Shown: one piece after another, positions 1 through 10,836 of the stretch
How the letters are laid out: each line of letters begins with the position of its first letter
How positions within the stretch are numbered: position 1 is the stretch's first letter
Assembly: GCA_004525685.1 (NCBI GenBank)
Contig: SPBW01000003.1
Span: 1-38,608 of the forward strand
Length of the DNA: 38,608 nucleotides
Source of the DNA: Candidatus Atribacteria bacterium
Lineage (GTDB): Bacteria; Bipolaricaulota; Bipolaricaulia; UBA7950; UBA9294
Direction: 5' to 3'
The notes under the pieces: model-generated
The model's database searches: none
What the model saw: only the letters and a program-made list of their open reading frames with translations
Told to the model about the DNA's origin: nothing
Position numbers and translations under genes: made by a program

Positions 1-3000
1 GACCTGTATCGCAGAATCATCAACCGCAACAATCGCCTCAAGAAACTAATCGACATGGGAGCGCCTGAAGTGATCCTGCGCAACGAGCGACGCATGCTGC
101 AGGAAGCTGTGGATGCTCTGATTCACAATGAGAAGAAGGAAAGCCCGATCCGAGGGCGCGACAATCGCCCGCTGAAATCGCTCTCAGAGCGCATCCACGG
201 AAAACATGGGCGCTTGAGGCGAAACCTCCTCGGGCGCCGCGTCGACTATTCTGGGCGCGCTGTCATCGTGGTGGATCCCACGCTCAAGCTCCATCAGTGC
301 GGTCTTCCCAAGAAGATGGCACTTGAGCTGTTCAAGCCCTTCATCCTGCACGGTCTGGAGACAACGACCTTCTCGGACTTTGACGAAATCAAGAACAGTG
401 CCATGGCCGGCGAGATGCCTGAGGTATGGGATATTCTCGACAAGTTGATCAAATCTCATCCGGTCTTGCTCAATCGCGCCCCCACTCTGCATCGGCTCTC
501 CATGCAAGCATTCGAGCCTGTGCTGGTGGACGGGGAAGCCATTCATATCCATCCGTTTATCTGCCCTCCCTATAACGCAGATTTTGATGGCGACCAGATG
601 GCAGTACATCTCCCGCTATCAGAGGAGGCGATCCGTGAGGCGCGAGAATTGATGGCGGCACCCAGGAACATCCTTTCTCCCTCCGATGGAGAGCCGATCA
701 CGCTACCGACGCAAGATCCAGTGTATGCCTACTATTACCTTACCGTGGAAGTGAAGGACGGGAAGGGGGCAGGGAAGACGTTCTGCGATATTGAAGAAGC
801 TCGCAAGGCCGAGGAGGCAGATATCATTGCCCTCCACAGCCCGATTCAGATTCGTATCGACGGAAAGCGGATCAAGACGACACTGGGACGAGCCGAGCTG
901 AACCGCATCTTCCCTGAGTCAGTGCGTGACTACGACAAAGTGATGAATCGAAGTGCGATTCGGCGTGTCGTGCGCACGTGCTACCATGAATTCGGCTGGG
1001 AGAAGACGGCTGAAGTCTTAGACGATCTGAAGGATCTGGGATTCAAGTACGCGACTCAGTCTGGATTGACCATCTCGCTGAAGGACTGCTTGATCCCTGA
1101 AGAGAAGGAAGGCATTGTCCGAATCTCGCTGGCAGCGGTCCAACGAATCGAGACGATGCACCGCATGGGCTTGTCCACTGAAGACGAGCGGAAGCAGGCC
1201 GTCATTCGAATCTGGCGACGTACTGTTGATGATGTCGAAGATGCAACCATGGCAAACTTGGCGAGCCATGCATTTAATCCGGTCTACGGAATTGTTATAT
1301 CAGGCGCTCGCGGTGGCCCGGATCAGGTGAAGCAGTTGTGTGGCATGCGCGGTCCCATGGCCGGCCCTTCGGGAGAGATTGTTGAACGTCCCGTCATCTC
1401 CAATTTTAGAGAGGGCTTGGACATGATGGAGTACTTCATCTCTACACATGGCGGACGCAAGGGTGCGGCTGACACGGCACTCAAGACAGCCGATTCGGGA
1501 TACCTCACCCGGCGATTGGTGGACGCATCCTCTGACACCATCACTACCGAATTGGACTGTGGCACGTCGCAGGGAATCGATATCGATCCACTTTGGTTCA
1601 GTAAGACAGAACTGATGGAATCGATCGAAGAGCGGATTTACGGCCGCGTCACAGCTGAACCTGTGGTTGACCCCGCGTCGGGTGAAATCCTGGTTGATGC
1701 GAATCAGTGGGTCTCACAAGAGACGGCAGATCATCTTGGTCGCCTGGACTGTGAGCTATCGATGAGTAAACCGGCAGAGCGTGAGCGGATGATCGGCACC
1801 AAGAATGTGGCTGAGATTCGCGATGCTGAAGCCAAGCGCGTGCTTGTTAAGGCGGACGAATTGCTGACACCGCGGCACATTGATGTGCTCAAAGAAGGCG
1901 GCGTCAAGACAGTTCGAGTGCGCCCTCGCATCGTGATACGGTCGCCCATGACATGTGAAACGTCCAGCGGGATCTGTCAGCTCTGCTATGGCTTTGACAT
2001 GAGTAACCATCAGCCCGTGAGTCTGGGCACAGCTGTTGGTGTGATTGCTGCGCAATCTGTGGGTGAGCCGGGAACGCAGCTGACCATGCGTACGTTCCAC
2101 ACGGGAGGCGTCGCTGGTGATGACATCACTCAGGGACTTCCGCGTGCCGAGGAGTTGTTCGAGGCACGTAAGACCATGAAGAGCGGAGAAGCGGGCATTT
2201 CGCCTCTCGACGGATATGTCACCAACATCACGCCGACGGCAACGGGCGATGATCAAGTGGAAGTCACCGGTGAGATTCGCACTGCGCGTCTGCCCATTTC
2301 CATCCTGAGGGCTGAAGTCGATGAGCAGATCGACGTGAGCGCACTCATTGATCACTCTAGCCCATGCGCTGGTGAGCTTTACGTTCTGAATCTCGATGAT
2401 GGATCCCAAGAGTTGTTCATCACGGATGCGTCGGCAGGAGACCGCAGCTATTCGCTGCCTATTGCCGCTCAACCCAAGGTGAAAGACGGCGATCAGGTAT
2501 CTGAAGGAGACGCGCTCACGGATCGCTTCAATGTGGATGGCATCGTCGCGGACTGCCATGCGGTAGTTCAGATCCCAGAGGGAGAAGACCGAATCGTCGT
2601 CCTGGTAGACGAGAATGGCGTAGAGACGAAGCATGAGATTCCGTTTGGTGCACGCTTGATGGTTGAGGCAGGAGCGAAGGTCAAAGAAGGGGATCATGTT
2701 ACCTCTCGCTCCAAGCCGATATTCATTGCCAGTGAGACAGAGGGAACGGCGCTTGTGCTTTCGGATCGCATTGTCGTTTTCAACCCAGCTGGGAACAGCC
2801 TGCGGATACCGCTTACATCAGATTTGCATGTCGCCAAACCGCATGGAGCGACTGTGAAGGCTGGGGAGAACGTGTTGTCTCTAGAAATCGCTCATCAGGG
2901 AGACGTTGTCGTTACATCAATTACCAAGAAGAAAGGCATCGCGACGATCCTCCTGCAACCCAAGAGTATCGTGAAGATCGACAAGGCCTTGATAGTCAGA

Positions 3001-3744
3001 GTTGGAGACAAGGTTGAGGAGGGAGACCTTCTCACCAAGGGGGTTGTTGCTCCTCACACGTTGCTGGAAACAGCGGGCGTGAACAAGGCGAGACAGTACC
3101 TGCTCAGTGAGATACACAAGGTCTACAAACAGCAGGGCGTGGACATCAACGACAAGCACTTGGAAGTCATCATCCGTCAGATTCTGAACAACGTTAAGAT
3201 CGTTGATCGAGGCGATGCCAGATTCCTGCTTGGCGACTCTGTCACGCTCGAGGAGTTCCGCAAGGAGATTCGCGCGCTAACGCAGTGGAATCAGGAAGCG
3301 GATCGTTTGCGGCGCGATGTACTAGGCGAACCACTTGCTGAAGATGTTGCCTCAGGTGGCCACTTGATCGCTACGAGCGGTGAATTGCTTAGCCAAGAAA
3401 TCCTCGCTCGAGCCAGCAAGGCAGGAATTGAACGGGTGTTTGTGACCCACGGCGAAGAGACAGTAGAAGTATCGTTGCTCGTCAAGAACTACCCTGACGG
3501 TGAGCGCGAGCTGCTTCGAATCTCACGTGCCGCTCTGCAGACCAAGGGATGGCTTTCAGCTGCGTCATTCCAGCGTACGACGAAGGTGCTGTCTGAAGCT
3601 GCTCTACGCGGTGAAGTCGATGAGCTGAGCGGGCTCAAGCCGAGTATCATTGTGGGTAAGAGGATTCCATCGGGGACCGGCTTCAAGATTCCTGTGGTTC
3701 TAGCTGACCTACCGAAGACCGATATCGACGACGGGTCGAGGTAG
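1..3744 (+). CDS. rpoC: DNA-directed RNA polymerase subunit beta-prime (5'-partial; frame is open from base 1, [13 protein letters not shown]...)
   Basis: Catalytic NADFDGD at 574-594, bridge helix ([28 protein letters not shown]), trigger loop ([16 protein letters not shown]) and C-terminal SAASFQ...GTG. The ATG at 55 is internal. Confidence 0.99.
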   Translation, partial: DLYRRIINRNNRLKKLIDMGAPEVILRNERRMLQEAVDALIHNEKKESPIRGRDNRPLKSLSERIHGKHGRLRRNLLGRRVDYSGRAVIVVDPTLKLHQCGLPKKMALELFKPFILHGLETTTFSDFDEIKNSAMAGEMPEVWDILDKLIKSHPVLLNRAPTLHRLSMQAFEPVLVDGEAIHIHPFICPPYNADFDGDQMAVHLPLSEEAIREARELMAAPRNILSPSDGEPITLPTQDPVYAYYYLTVEVKDGKGAGKTFCDIEEARKAEEADIIALHSPIQIRIDGKRIKTTLGRAELNRIFPESVRDYDKVMNRSAIRRVVRTCYHEFGWEKTAEVLDDLKDLGFKYATQSGLTISLKDCLIPEEKEGIVRISLAAVQRIETMHRMGLSTEDERKQAVIRIWRRTVDDVEDATMANLASHAFNPVYGIVISGARGGPDQVKQLCGMRGPMAGPSGEIVERPVISNFREGLDMMEYFISTHGGRKGAADTALKTADSGYLTRRLVDASSDTITTELDCGTSQGIDIDPLWFSKTELMESIEERIYGRVTAEPVVDPASGEILVDANQWVSQETADHLGRLDCELSMSKPAERERMIGTKNVAEIRDAEAKRVLVKADELLTPRHIDVLKEGGVKTVRVRPRIVIRSPMTCETSSGICQLCYGFDMSNHQPVSLGTAVGVIAAQSVGEPGTQLTMRTFHTGGVAGDDITQGLPRAEELFEARKTMKSGEAGISPLDGYVTNITPTATGDDQVEVTGEIRTARLPISILRAEVDEQIDVSALIDHSSPCAGELYVLNLDDGSQELFITDASAGDRSYSLPIAAQPKVKDGDQVSEGDALTDRFNVDGIVADCHAVVQIPEGEDRIVVLVDENGVETKHEIPFGARLMVEAGAKVKEGDHVTSRSKPIFIASETEGTALVLSDRIVVFNPAGNSLRIPLTSDLHVAKPHGATVKAGENVLSLEIAHQGDVVVTSITKKKGIATILLQPKSIVKIDKALIVRVGDKVEEGDLLTKGVVAPHTLLETAGVNKARQYLLSEIHKVYKQQGVDINDKHLEVIIRQILNNVKIVDRGDARFLLGDSVTLEEFRKEIRALTQWNQEADRLRRDVLGEPLAEDVASGGHLIATSGELLSQEILARASKAGIERVFVTHGEETVEVSLLVKNYPDGERELLRISRAALQTKGWLSAASFQRTTKVLSEAALRGEVDELSGLKPSIIVGKRIPSGTGFKIPVVLADLPKTDIDDGSR

Positions 3745-3783
3745 AGATCGATTCCGCGACGAGTGATGAAACAGACATGTAGG

Positions 3784-3812
3784 TTGAATGAGGCGTTGCC
3801 AGGTTCTATAAT
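3784..3812 (+). promoter_or_regulatory. sigma70-type promoter of the ribosomal protein superoperon
   Basis: TTGAAT (3784-3789), 17-nt spacer, TATAAT (3807-3812); AGGAG SD before the rpsL ATG. Confidence 0.85.
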
Positions 3813-3836
3813 CCGTTTCAATTCTTAGGAGACACT

Positions 3837-4208
3837 ATGCCGACGATTAACCAATTGATCCGTATGGGAAGGAAGCCGAAGCGCAAGAAGAGCAAGGCTC
3901 CTCAACTTGATTCCTGCCCGCAGCGTCGTGGCGTATGTACACGTGTCTATACGCGTACACCCAAGAAGCCGAACTCTGCACTTCGCAAAGTTGCACGTGT
4001 TCGACTCAGCAACGGCAGGGAAGTGTCCGCCTACATCGGTGGTGAAGGGCACAAGCTGCAAGAACACTCGATGGTGCTGGTTCGTGGAGGACGTGTCAAG
4101 GATCTTCCTGGCGTGAGGTATCACATCGTTCGAGGAACTTTGGATTCCGAAGGTGTAAGTGGCCGTCAGCAAGGGCGTTCGAAGTATGGCGCCAAGAAGG
4201 GAAGCTAG
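3837..4208 (+). CDS. rpsL: 30S ribosomal protein uS12
   Basis: [18 protein letters not shown] and [10 protein letters not shown] motifs. Confidence 0.99.
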   Translation: MPTINQLIRMGRKPKRKKSKAPQLDSCPQRRGVCTRVYTRTPKKPNSALRKVARVRLSNGREVSAYIGGEGHKLQEHSMVLVRGGRVKDLPGVRYHIVRGTLDSEGVSGRQQGRSKYGAKKGS

Positions 4209-4217
4209 GAGATCTTG

Positions 4218-4676
4218 ATGAAATTACCTGGGCGAAATGTCAGTCCCGATATGAAGTATGGCAGCCAGCTTCTGGCCAAGCTGATTAACTACATCATGCT
4301 TGAGGGAAAGAAGTCGGCAGCGAGGCGAATCGTTTACTCGGCGCTAGAGATTGTCGAGGAGCGGAGTGAGCAAACGGCGCTCGAAGTATTCAATGAGGCA
4401 TTAGCCAACTGCTCTCCGCGACTTGAAGTTCGAACTCGTCGAGTCGGCGGTGCCAACTATCAGGTTCCTTACGAAGTCGCGCAGGATCGTCAGATTGCGC
4501 TTGCTCTAAGATGGCTCGTAGCTGCCGCGAGAGCGCGCGGCGACAAGACCATGGCTGGGAAACTTGCCGCTGAGATCCTTGACGCGTCACGCAAGGAAGG
4601 CAAAGCATACAACAAGCGCCTCGATGCACATCGCATGGCTGAAGCAAACAAGGCATTCGCGCACTATCGCTGGTAA
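4218..4676 (+). CDS. rpsG: 30S ribosomal protein uS7 (short N-terminus; alternative TTG start at 4215)
   Basis: [11 protein letters not shown] and [15 protein letters not shown]; AGGAG SD at 4207-4211. Confidence 0.98.
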   Translation: MKLPGRNVSPDMKYGSQLLAKLINYIMLEGKKSAARRIVYSALEIVEERSEQTALEVFNEALANCSPRLEVRTRRVGGANYQVPYEVAQDRQIALALRWLVAAARARGDKTMAGKLAAEILDASRKEGKAYNKRLDAHRMAEANKAFAHYRW

Positions 4677-4749
4677 TTGACGCCAGCAGCGAGTTCTTGG
4701 TCTTTCCCTTCTCTGTCGAGATTGGGCTTTGCGTGGAGGAGAGAATGAC

Positions 4750-6819
4750 ATGGATGCTCCAGTTCGTCTAGACAGGATTCGAAACATCGGTATCATGGCG
4801 CATATCGATGCGGGGAAGACCACGACGACGGAGCGGATCCTCTTCTACACCGGCGAGATCCACAAGATGGGAGAGGTTCATGAGGGCGACACCGAAATGG
4901 ACTGGATGGTCCAGGAGCGAGAGCGCGGCATCACGATCACATCTGCGGCCACAACCTGCTCCTGGCAAGACTATCGCATTAACATCATCGACACGCCCGG
5001 ACACGTTGACTTCACAGCAGAAGTAGAACGCTCGTTGCGGGTGCTGGATGGCGGCGTGGTCGTCTTCTCTGGCGTGGAAATGGTCGAATCGCAATCCGAG
5101 ACCGTATGGCGACAAGCCGACCGCTACCACATTCCACGCATCGCCTTCGTCAATAAGCTCGACCGGGTCGAGTCGAACTACGTAGGCACAGTGGAGATGA
5201 TTGAAGAGCGTCTCGGAGTGTGCGCGGTTCCGCTCATCCTTCCTCTACGCAATGAGGATCGCAGGCCCGAAGGGCTCGTCGATCTGATCGAACGTACGTA
5301 CTTGGTCTGGGACGCAGAATCTCTTGGAGCTGACTACGAGAAGCGGGACATTCCACCCGAGATTCGTAACGAGGCAGAGCGCTTGCGCGACATGGCGATC
5401 GAGCGCGTTGCGAACATTGATGATCGTGTGATGGAACTCTTCCTTGCGGATGAAGAGATTCCCGCAAGTCTGTTCCACGAGGCGCTCCGCAAGGGATGCA
5501 TCGAGCATGGCATGATCCCCGTTGTGGGCGGATCGGCGTTCCAGAACCAGGGCATTCAGCTCCTGTTGGACGCAGTAATCCGATATCTGCCTTCCCCTCT
5601 TGACGTTCCTGCCATTCAGGGCATTGACTCCGACGAGTTGCGTCACGCTGATCCTGACGAACCCTTCTCAGCGCTCGCCTTCAAAGTCGTTGCCGACCGC
5701 TATGCAGGACGACTGGTGTTCATTCGAGTGTATTCGGGATGCTTGGATGCGGGTGGACATACGCTGGATGTGTCATCTGGAAAAGGGATGCGCATCTCCA
5801 AGATCTTCCGCATGCACGCCAATCAACGCATTCCCCTTATGCAGGCAACGGCTGGGGATATTGTAGCGATTGTTGGATCCCAAGATATCGCCACAGGTGA
5901 TACGCTAGCCAGTAAAGACGCTCCGATTCTTCTCGAGAAGATCGACTTCCCAGATCCCGTTGTCTTCATTGCCGTAGAGCCGCGCACGGAGGCCGAATTC
6001 GATGATCTGCTCTCTGCGTTGACCACGCTGGCGATCGAAGACCCCACGTTCCATGTGCGCACGGATGAGCTTACCAACCAGACCATTCTGGCCGGAATGG
6101 GCGAGTTGCACCTTGAGGTGCTTGTGCGGAGACTTCGCGACGAATTCAACATGACGGTTCACGTGGGACGGCCGCAGGTGGCCTATCGGGAGACACTCGC
6201 TGCGCCTGTAGAAGTAGAGGAGCGGTTTGAGAAGCAAGCCGGCGGCAAGGGCCAGTTCGCTCATGTGCGAATAAAGCTAGAGCCACTCCAGCGTGGCGAT
6301 GGATTTACATTCGCCTACTGCGCCCCCACGGAGGAGATCCCCAAAGAGTACAGAAGCCCCATAGAAAGCGCACTTCGTGCTACATTGACAAATGGGCCTA
6401 TTGCCGGTTATCCTCTGGCCGATATTGGAGCCACCGTAATCGGTGGGTCTTTTCATCCAGTTGACTCGTCTGAACTGGCGTTTCGAGCAGCAACAGCAGG
6501 AGCGTTGCACCGAGCGTACAGGGAGGGTGTGTTTGAGCTTCTAGAGCCAATCATGGAAGGCGAAGTGATCACACCAGCGGATTACCTGGGTGAGGTGATG
6601 GAGGACTTGGCTCGCAGGCGAGGGGAAATCCGGGAACTACAGCAACGCGAGACCGTGCAGATACTACGCGTGTCGGTTCCGTTGGCTGAGACATTCGGAT
6701 ATGCCACACGGCTGCGTTCTTTAACCCAAGGGAGGGCGACGTACTCATTGCGCGTTGAGCGCTATGATATCGTTCCCCAAGGTTTGAAAGAAAAGATCAT
6801 TCGAAGCAGAGGATATTGA
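4750..6819 (+). CDS. fusA: Elongation factor G
   Basis: [42 protein letters not shown]; GGAGGAG SD supports ATG 4750. Confidence 0.98.
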   Translation: MDAPVRLDRIRNIGIMAHIDAGKTTTTERILFYTGEIHKMGEVHEGDTEMDWMVQERERGITITSAATTCSWQDYRINIIDTPGHVDFTAEVERSLRVLDGGVVVFSGVEMVESQSETVWRQADRYHIPRIAFVNKLDRVESNYVGTVEMIEERLGVCAVPLILPLRNEDRRPEGLVDLIERTYLVWDAESLGADYEKRDIPPEIRNEAERLRDMAIERVANIDDRVMELFLADEEIPASLFHEALRKGCIEHGMIPVVGGSAFQNQGIQLLLDAVIRYLPSPLDVPAIQGIDSDELRHADPDEPFSALAFKVVADRYAGRLVFIRVYSGCLDAGGHTLDVSSGKGMRISKIFRMHANQRIPLMQATAGDIVAIVGSQDIATGDTLASKDAPILLEKIDFPDPVVFIAVEPRTEAEFDDLLSALTTLAIEDPTFHVRTDELTNQTILAGMGELHLEVLVRRLRDEFNMTVHVGRPQVAYRETLAAPVEVEERFEKQAGGKGQFAHVRIKLEPLQRGDGFTFAYCAPTEEIPKEYRSPIESALRATLTNGPIAGYPLADIGATVIGGSFHPVDSSELAFRAATAGALHRAYREGVFELLEPIMEGEVITPADYLGEVMEDLARRRGEIRELQQRETVQILRVSVPLAETFGYATRLRSLTQGRATYSLRVERYDIVPQGLKEKIIRSRGY

Positions 6820-6820
6820 A

Positions 6821-7129
6821 ATGGCAAGAGAGAAAATTCGAATCAAGCTGCGGGGATACGACCACGAACTCGTTGACAGTTCGATCCGCAAAATCGTTGA
6901 ATCGGCCAAAGAAACACGCGCCAAAATCTCCGGCCCCATTCCTCTGCCCACTCAGAGGCGAATCTACACGGTGCTGAGATCGCCACATGTTGACAAGCGG
7001 TCGATGGAACACTTCGAACGGCGGATCCATACGCGTCTTCTGGACATCAAAGAGCCGACCTCGGAGACCATTAATTCCTTGATGGATATCGAACTGCCAA
7101 CAGGCATCGATATCGAGATCAAACTGTAG
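6821..7129 (+). CDS. rpsJ: 30S ribosomal protein uS10
   Basis: KIRIKL, GPIPLPT, RSPHVDK. Confidence 0.99.
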   Translation: MAREKIRIKLRGYDHELVDSSIRKIVESAKETRAKISGPIPLPTQRRIYTVLRSPHVDKRSMEHFERRIHTRLLDIKEPTSETINSLMDIELPTGIDIEIKL

Positions 7130-7146
7130 ACGGAGGTTGGCAGATC

Positions 7147-7770
7147 ATGGCTCGCGGAATACTTGGACGAAAGATCGGCATGACCCAGCTCTTCGTCGAT
7201 GACCGGGCAATTGGTGTTACGGTGATCGAAACGGCTCCATGCACGATCGTCCAGATCAAGACGATTGAATCCGACGGATACAACGCACTGCAGCTCGGAT
7301 ACGGCGAAATCAAGGAGTCGAGAGTGACGCGGCCGATTGCTGGACACTTCAGCAAAGCGGGGGTAACGCCGCAGCGGCACCTCTTCGAAATCCGTATCGA
7401 CAATCCGGAAGACTACACCGTTGGCGAGACACTGAGCGTGGATCTGTTCGAAGAAGGCGATAAAGTTGACATCGCAGGCACGTCGAAGGGACACGGTTTC
7501 CAGGGTGTTGTCAAGCGATGGAATTTTGCAGGCGGACCTGCGTCACACGGGTCCCATTTTCATAGACGTCCAGGTTCCGTAGGTAACTGCGTGAGGCCAG
7601 GACGTGTCATCAAAGGAAAGAAGCTCCCCGGCCAGATGGGATCACGCCGTGCGACCGTGCGAGCTCTTCAAGTCCTTCGAGTCGATCCGGAACGGAACCT
7701 GTTGATCGTCAAGGGCTCCACGCCGGGCTCGCGAGGGGCCATTCTTGAATTGGGGAAACGTCATGGCTGA
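7147..7770 (+). CDS. rplC: 50S ribosomal protein uL3
   Basis: [36 protein letters not shown]. Confidence 0.99.
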   Translation: MARGILGRKIGMTQLFVDDRAIGVTVIETAPCTIVQIKTIESDGYNALQLGYGEIKESRVTRPIAGHFSKAGVTPQRHLFEIRIDNPEDYTVGETLSVDLFEEGDKVDIAGTSKGHGFQGVVKRWNFAGGPASHGSHFHRRPGSVGNCVRPGRVIKGKKLPGQMGSRRATVRALQVLRVDPERNLLIVKGSTPGSRGAILELGKRHG

Positions 7771-8392
7771 AGCGAAACTTTACTCATTTACTGGAGCGAA
7801 CGATCCGCAACCGACGTCACTTGACGATCGACTGTTCGCAGCCCACGTGAACAAGGACCTGCTGTATCGTGTGGTGCGAATGCAGCTAGGCAACCGCCGT
7901 CAGGGCACACATTCGACAAAGACTCGCGGCGAAGTCAGTGGTGGCGGAAAGAAGCCATGGCGACAGAAGGGAACAGGGCGCGCTCGAGCTGGATCTCGTC
8001 GTTCGCCAATCTGGGTCGGCGGGGGAACGATTTTTGGCCCCAAACCCCGATCCTACGAATCCAAACTCACCAAGAAGATGAAACGAGGCGCGCTTGCTGC
8101 TGCGTTGTCTGATCGCGCTGAATCCGGGAATCTGGCACTCATCGACCACATCCAGTTTGACACGCCCAAGACCAAGTCAGCTGTTGCGCTACTGAATCGC
8201 ATGGAGTTATCAGGCAAGACCCTGGTTGTCGTCGCAACGGCTGAGTACGATCGGGCTGTCAAGAAATCGTTTACCAACCTCCCTACGGCGAAATGCATCG
8301 CTTGCGGGGGCGTTAACGTCTATGACATCCTTCGTCACGATCATCTGTTGATGACAGCGAAGGCTGTAGAAGAACTGACGGAGAGGTTTTAG
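7763..8392 (+). CDS. rplD: 50S ribosomal protein uL4
   Basis: [27 protein letters not shown] loop; ATG 7763 overlaps the rplC end. Confidence 0.99.
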   Translation: MAEAKLYSFTGANDPQPTSLDDRLFAAHVNKDLLYRVVRMQLGNRRQGTHSTKTRGEVSGGGKKPWRQKGTGRARAGSRRSPIWVGGGTIFGPKPRSYESKLTKKMKRGALAAALSDRAESGNLALIDHIQFDTPKTKSAVALLNRMELSGKTLVVVATAEYDRAVKKSFTNLPTAKCIACGGVNVYDILRHDHLLMTAKAVEELTERF

Positions 8393-8394
8393 CC

Positions 8395-8694
8395 ATGGCA
8401 AGGTTTGATCATCACGAGGATGTTCTGCTCGCTCCCATTCTTACTGAAGAGACGTGGCAGAGGATGGAAGAGCGGAAGTACTCGTTCCGTGTGGCTCTCG
8501 GTGCGAACAAGATTCAGATTCGCAAGGCCGTCGAGCACCTATTTGACGTGAAAGTTGAAAAGGTCTGGACAGCCAATCGAAAAGGCAAACCGCGACGAGA
8601 ACGTCTCAGTCAGCTACATGGAAAGACACCGCGCTGGCGAAAAGCAATCGTTCGGTTGGCTCCTGGCAATCGAATTGACATTATGGGAGGCTAG
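8395..8694 (+). CDS. rplW: 50S ribosomal protein uL23
   Basis: ANKIQIRKAVEHLFDVKV...WRKAIVRL; position in the S10 block. Confidence 0.97.
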   Translation: MARFDHHEDVLLAPILTEETWQRMEERKYSFRVALGANKIQIRKAVEHLFDVKVEKVWTANRKGKPRRERLSQLHGKTPRWRKAIVRLAPGNRIDIMGG

Positions 8695-8697
8695 GAC

Positions 8698-9534
8698 ATG
8701 ACGCTGAAACGATATAATCCAACGTCCCCGGGGCGTCGCCATGCAGAGCTTCCTGACTTTTCAGAGCTGTGCAAAGTAGCTCCTGAGAAGAGTCTGCTCC
8801 AGCCGATTATCAAGACGGGCGGACGCAATAGCCAAGGCAGAATCACGTCGCGCTTCCGTGGCGGTGGGCATAAGCGTCGCTATCGAATGATCGACTTTAC
8901 GCGTGGGAAGGACGGCATCCCTGCTCGCGTTGCTACGCGTGAATACGATCCCAATCGATCGGCATGGATCACTCTCTTGAACTATGTCGATGGTGAGAAG
9001 CGATACATTGTCGCCCCAGTGGAACTGGAATTGGGCTCCATGGTTGAGTCCGGCGAGAACGCAGAAGTTCGCGTCGGAAATTCGATGCCTCTTGCGAGAA
9101 TTCCATTGGGAGCGATTGTTCACAACCTAGAATTCTCGCCCGGCAGTGGCGGGAAGATTGCCCGATCTGCCGGAACCTCGGCCAAACTCATTGGAAAAGA
9201 AGGGAAACGAGCACACATCCGACTCCCTTCGGGCGAAGTGCGCATCTTCAGCACGGCATGCCGCGCGACCATTGGCGAGGTCTCCAATCCCGATCATAAG
9301 AATATTAAGCACGGAAAAGCCGGACGAGTGAGGCACCTGGGTCGCAAGCCGCATGTTCGTGGTGTGGCTATGAACCCGGTCGATCACCCGCATGGCGGCG
9401 GTGAAGGACGAGCTCGTATCGGGCGTCCGCAAGTCTCGCCTACTGGTGTGTTGGCTAAGGGCGGACGTACGCGACAGAAGCGGAAGAAGAGCACGGCTTT
9501 GATCGTTCGACGGGCCGGCAAGGGTCGACGGTAA
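8698..9534 (+). CDS. rplB: 50S ribosomal protein uL2
   Basis: [41 protein letters not shown]. Confidence 0.99.
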   Translation: MTLKRYNPTSPGRRHAELPDFSELCKVAPEKSLLQPIIKTGGRNSQGRITSRFRGGGHKRRYRMIDFTRGKDGIPARVATREYDPNRSAWITLLNYVDGEKRYIVAPVELELGSMVESGENAEVRVGNSMPLARIPLGAIVHNLEFSPGSGGKIARSAGTSAKLIGKEGKRAHIRLPSGEVRIFSTACRATIGEVSNPDHKNIKHGKAGRVRHLGRKPHVRGVAMNPVDHPHGGGEGRARIGRPQVSPTGVLAKGGRTRQKRKKSTALIVRRAGKGRR

Positions 9535-9543
9535 GGAGACAGT

Positions 9544-9828
9544 ATGCCCAGATCGACAAGTAAAGGACCGTTTGTCAAGGACAGCCTTCTGAAGAAGGTT
9601 TACCGCGCGAAGCGTGGGGATCTTGATGAGATCATCACGTGGTCACGCTCTTCGATGATCATCCCTGACATGGTGGGACTGACAATCAAGGTTCACAACG
9701 GGAAGCTGCACATGCCCGTCTCTGTTGTTGAGAACATGGTAGGACACAAGCTGGGCGAGTTCGCCCCAACGCGAACGTTCCGTGGCCATGGTGGAATGAA
9801 GAAAAAGAGGGCTGCGGGCCTGACGTAG
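9544..9828 (+). CDS. rpsS: 30S ribosomal protein uS19
   Basis: [28 protein letters not shown]. Confidence 0.99.
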   Translation: MPRSTSKGPFVKDSLLKKVYRAKRGDLDEIITWSRSSMIIPDMVGLTIKVHNGKLHMPVSVVENMVGHKLGEFAPTRTFRGHGGMKKKRAAGLT

Positions 9829-9840
9829 GGAGAGCGAATC

Positions 9841-10182
9841 ATGGAAGCACGAGCTGTTGCCAAGTACGTACGCATGTCTACGCGTAAAGCGCGATTGGTG
9901 ATTGATGCCATTCGTGGAAAGAACGTCAATGACGCCTTGCGTATTGTGCGGCTTTCTAGCAAAAAGGCGGCACTACCTATTCGAAAGACGTTGGAGTCAG
10001 CCATAGCCAACGCCGAAAACAACTTCGATATCGACGTAGACGAGCTGTATGTAGTCAAGGCAACCGCAGATATGGGAAGGTCGCTTCGGCGACTACGCCC
10101 GCGTGCGTATGGCCGGGCAGATATCATCCGCCGTCCGACGAGTCACATTACCATCGTCGTGGGCGATAGGGAGAGTGAATAA
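9841..10182 (+). CDS. rplV: 50S ribosomal protein uL22
   Basis: RKARLVIDAIRGK, SAIANAENN, PRAYGRA, TSHITIVV. Confidence 0.99.
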   Translation: MEARAVAKYVRMSTRKARLVIDAIRGKNVNDALRIVRLSSKKAALPIRKTLESAIANAENNFDIDVDELYVVKATADMGRSLRRLRPRAYGRADIIRRPTSHITIVVGDRESE

Positions 10183-10835
10183 TGGGCCAGAAGATCCATC
10201 CAGTGGGTTTTCGCATAGGGGTCAACCGAAAATGGGTTTCCAATTGGTATAACCCCGCACTGGCCCCGGAGTATATCAATGAAGACAAGCGAATCCGTGA
10301 CATGATCATGGATCAATATCGCCGTGCTTCAGTAGCAGAAATCAATATCGAGCGCTCCAAAGAAGATCGTGTCTCGATCGTGATTCGATCGGCTCGCCCT
10401 GGCATCATCATTGGCCGTGGCGGCTCTGAGATTGAGAAGCTGCAAGCCTCGCTGGAGGGCATGACGGGTAGAACCGTTAAGGTCTCAATTCAAGAGATCG
10501 AACGCCCTGATCTTGAGGCGCGCCTTGTAGCGCAGGATGTGGCCATGCAGATCGAAAGCCGCACTGCGCCTGCACGCGTCATGAAAGAAGCGATGCGCCG
10601 GGTCATGGGCGCTGGTGCAGGTGGCGTGAAGTTCAAGGTCAGCGGTCGATTGGGTGGTACTGATATCGCACGCTCCATTACGATGAAGGAAGGCCGTGTT
10701 CCTCTTCAAACCATTCGAGCAGACATTGATTATGGATTGGTGGAAGCGCACACGAAATACGGAAACATTGGCGTCAAAGTGTGGATCTTCCGCGGTGAGC
10801 ATCCGCGCAAGGGCCAGCGGGAAGAGGTGAACTAG
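10182..10835 (+). CDS. rpsC: 30S ribosomal protein uS3
   Basis: MGQKIHPVGFR, ARPGIIIGRGG, SGRLGG, GRVPLQTIRADIDY. Confidence 0.99.
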   Translation: MGQKIHPVGFRIGVNRKWVSNWYNPALAPEYINEDKRIRDMIMDQYRRASVAEINIERSKEDRVSIVIRSARPGIIIGRGGSEIEKLQASLEGMTGRTVKVSIQEIERPDLEARLVAQDVAMQIESRTAPARVMKEAMRRVMGAGAGGVKFKVSGRLGGTDIARSITMKEGRVPLQTIRADIDYGLVEAHTKYGNIGVKVWIFRGEHPRKGQREEVN

Positions 10836-10836
10836 A

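Noticed and set aside
55-3744. Split rpoC starting at ATG 55
   Set aside because: The frame is open from base 1 and encodes conserved RpoC sequence ([13 protein letters not shown]); the gene is simply cut by the window edge.
4677-4749. rpsG-fusA spacer as a regulatory RNA (a pyrimidine tract could pair with the fusA SD)
   Set aside because: Pairing relies on many G-U pairs and matches no family I recognise; it cannot be supported without comparative data.
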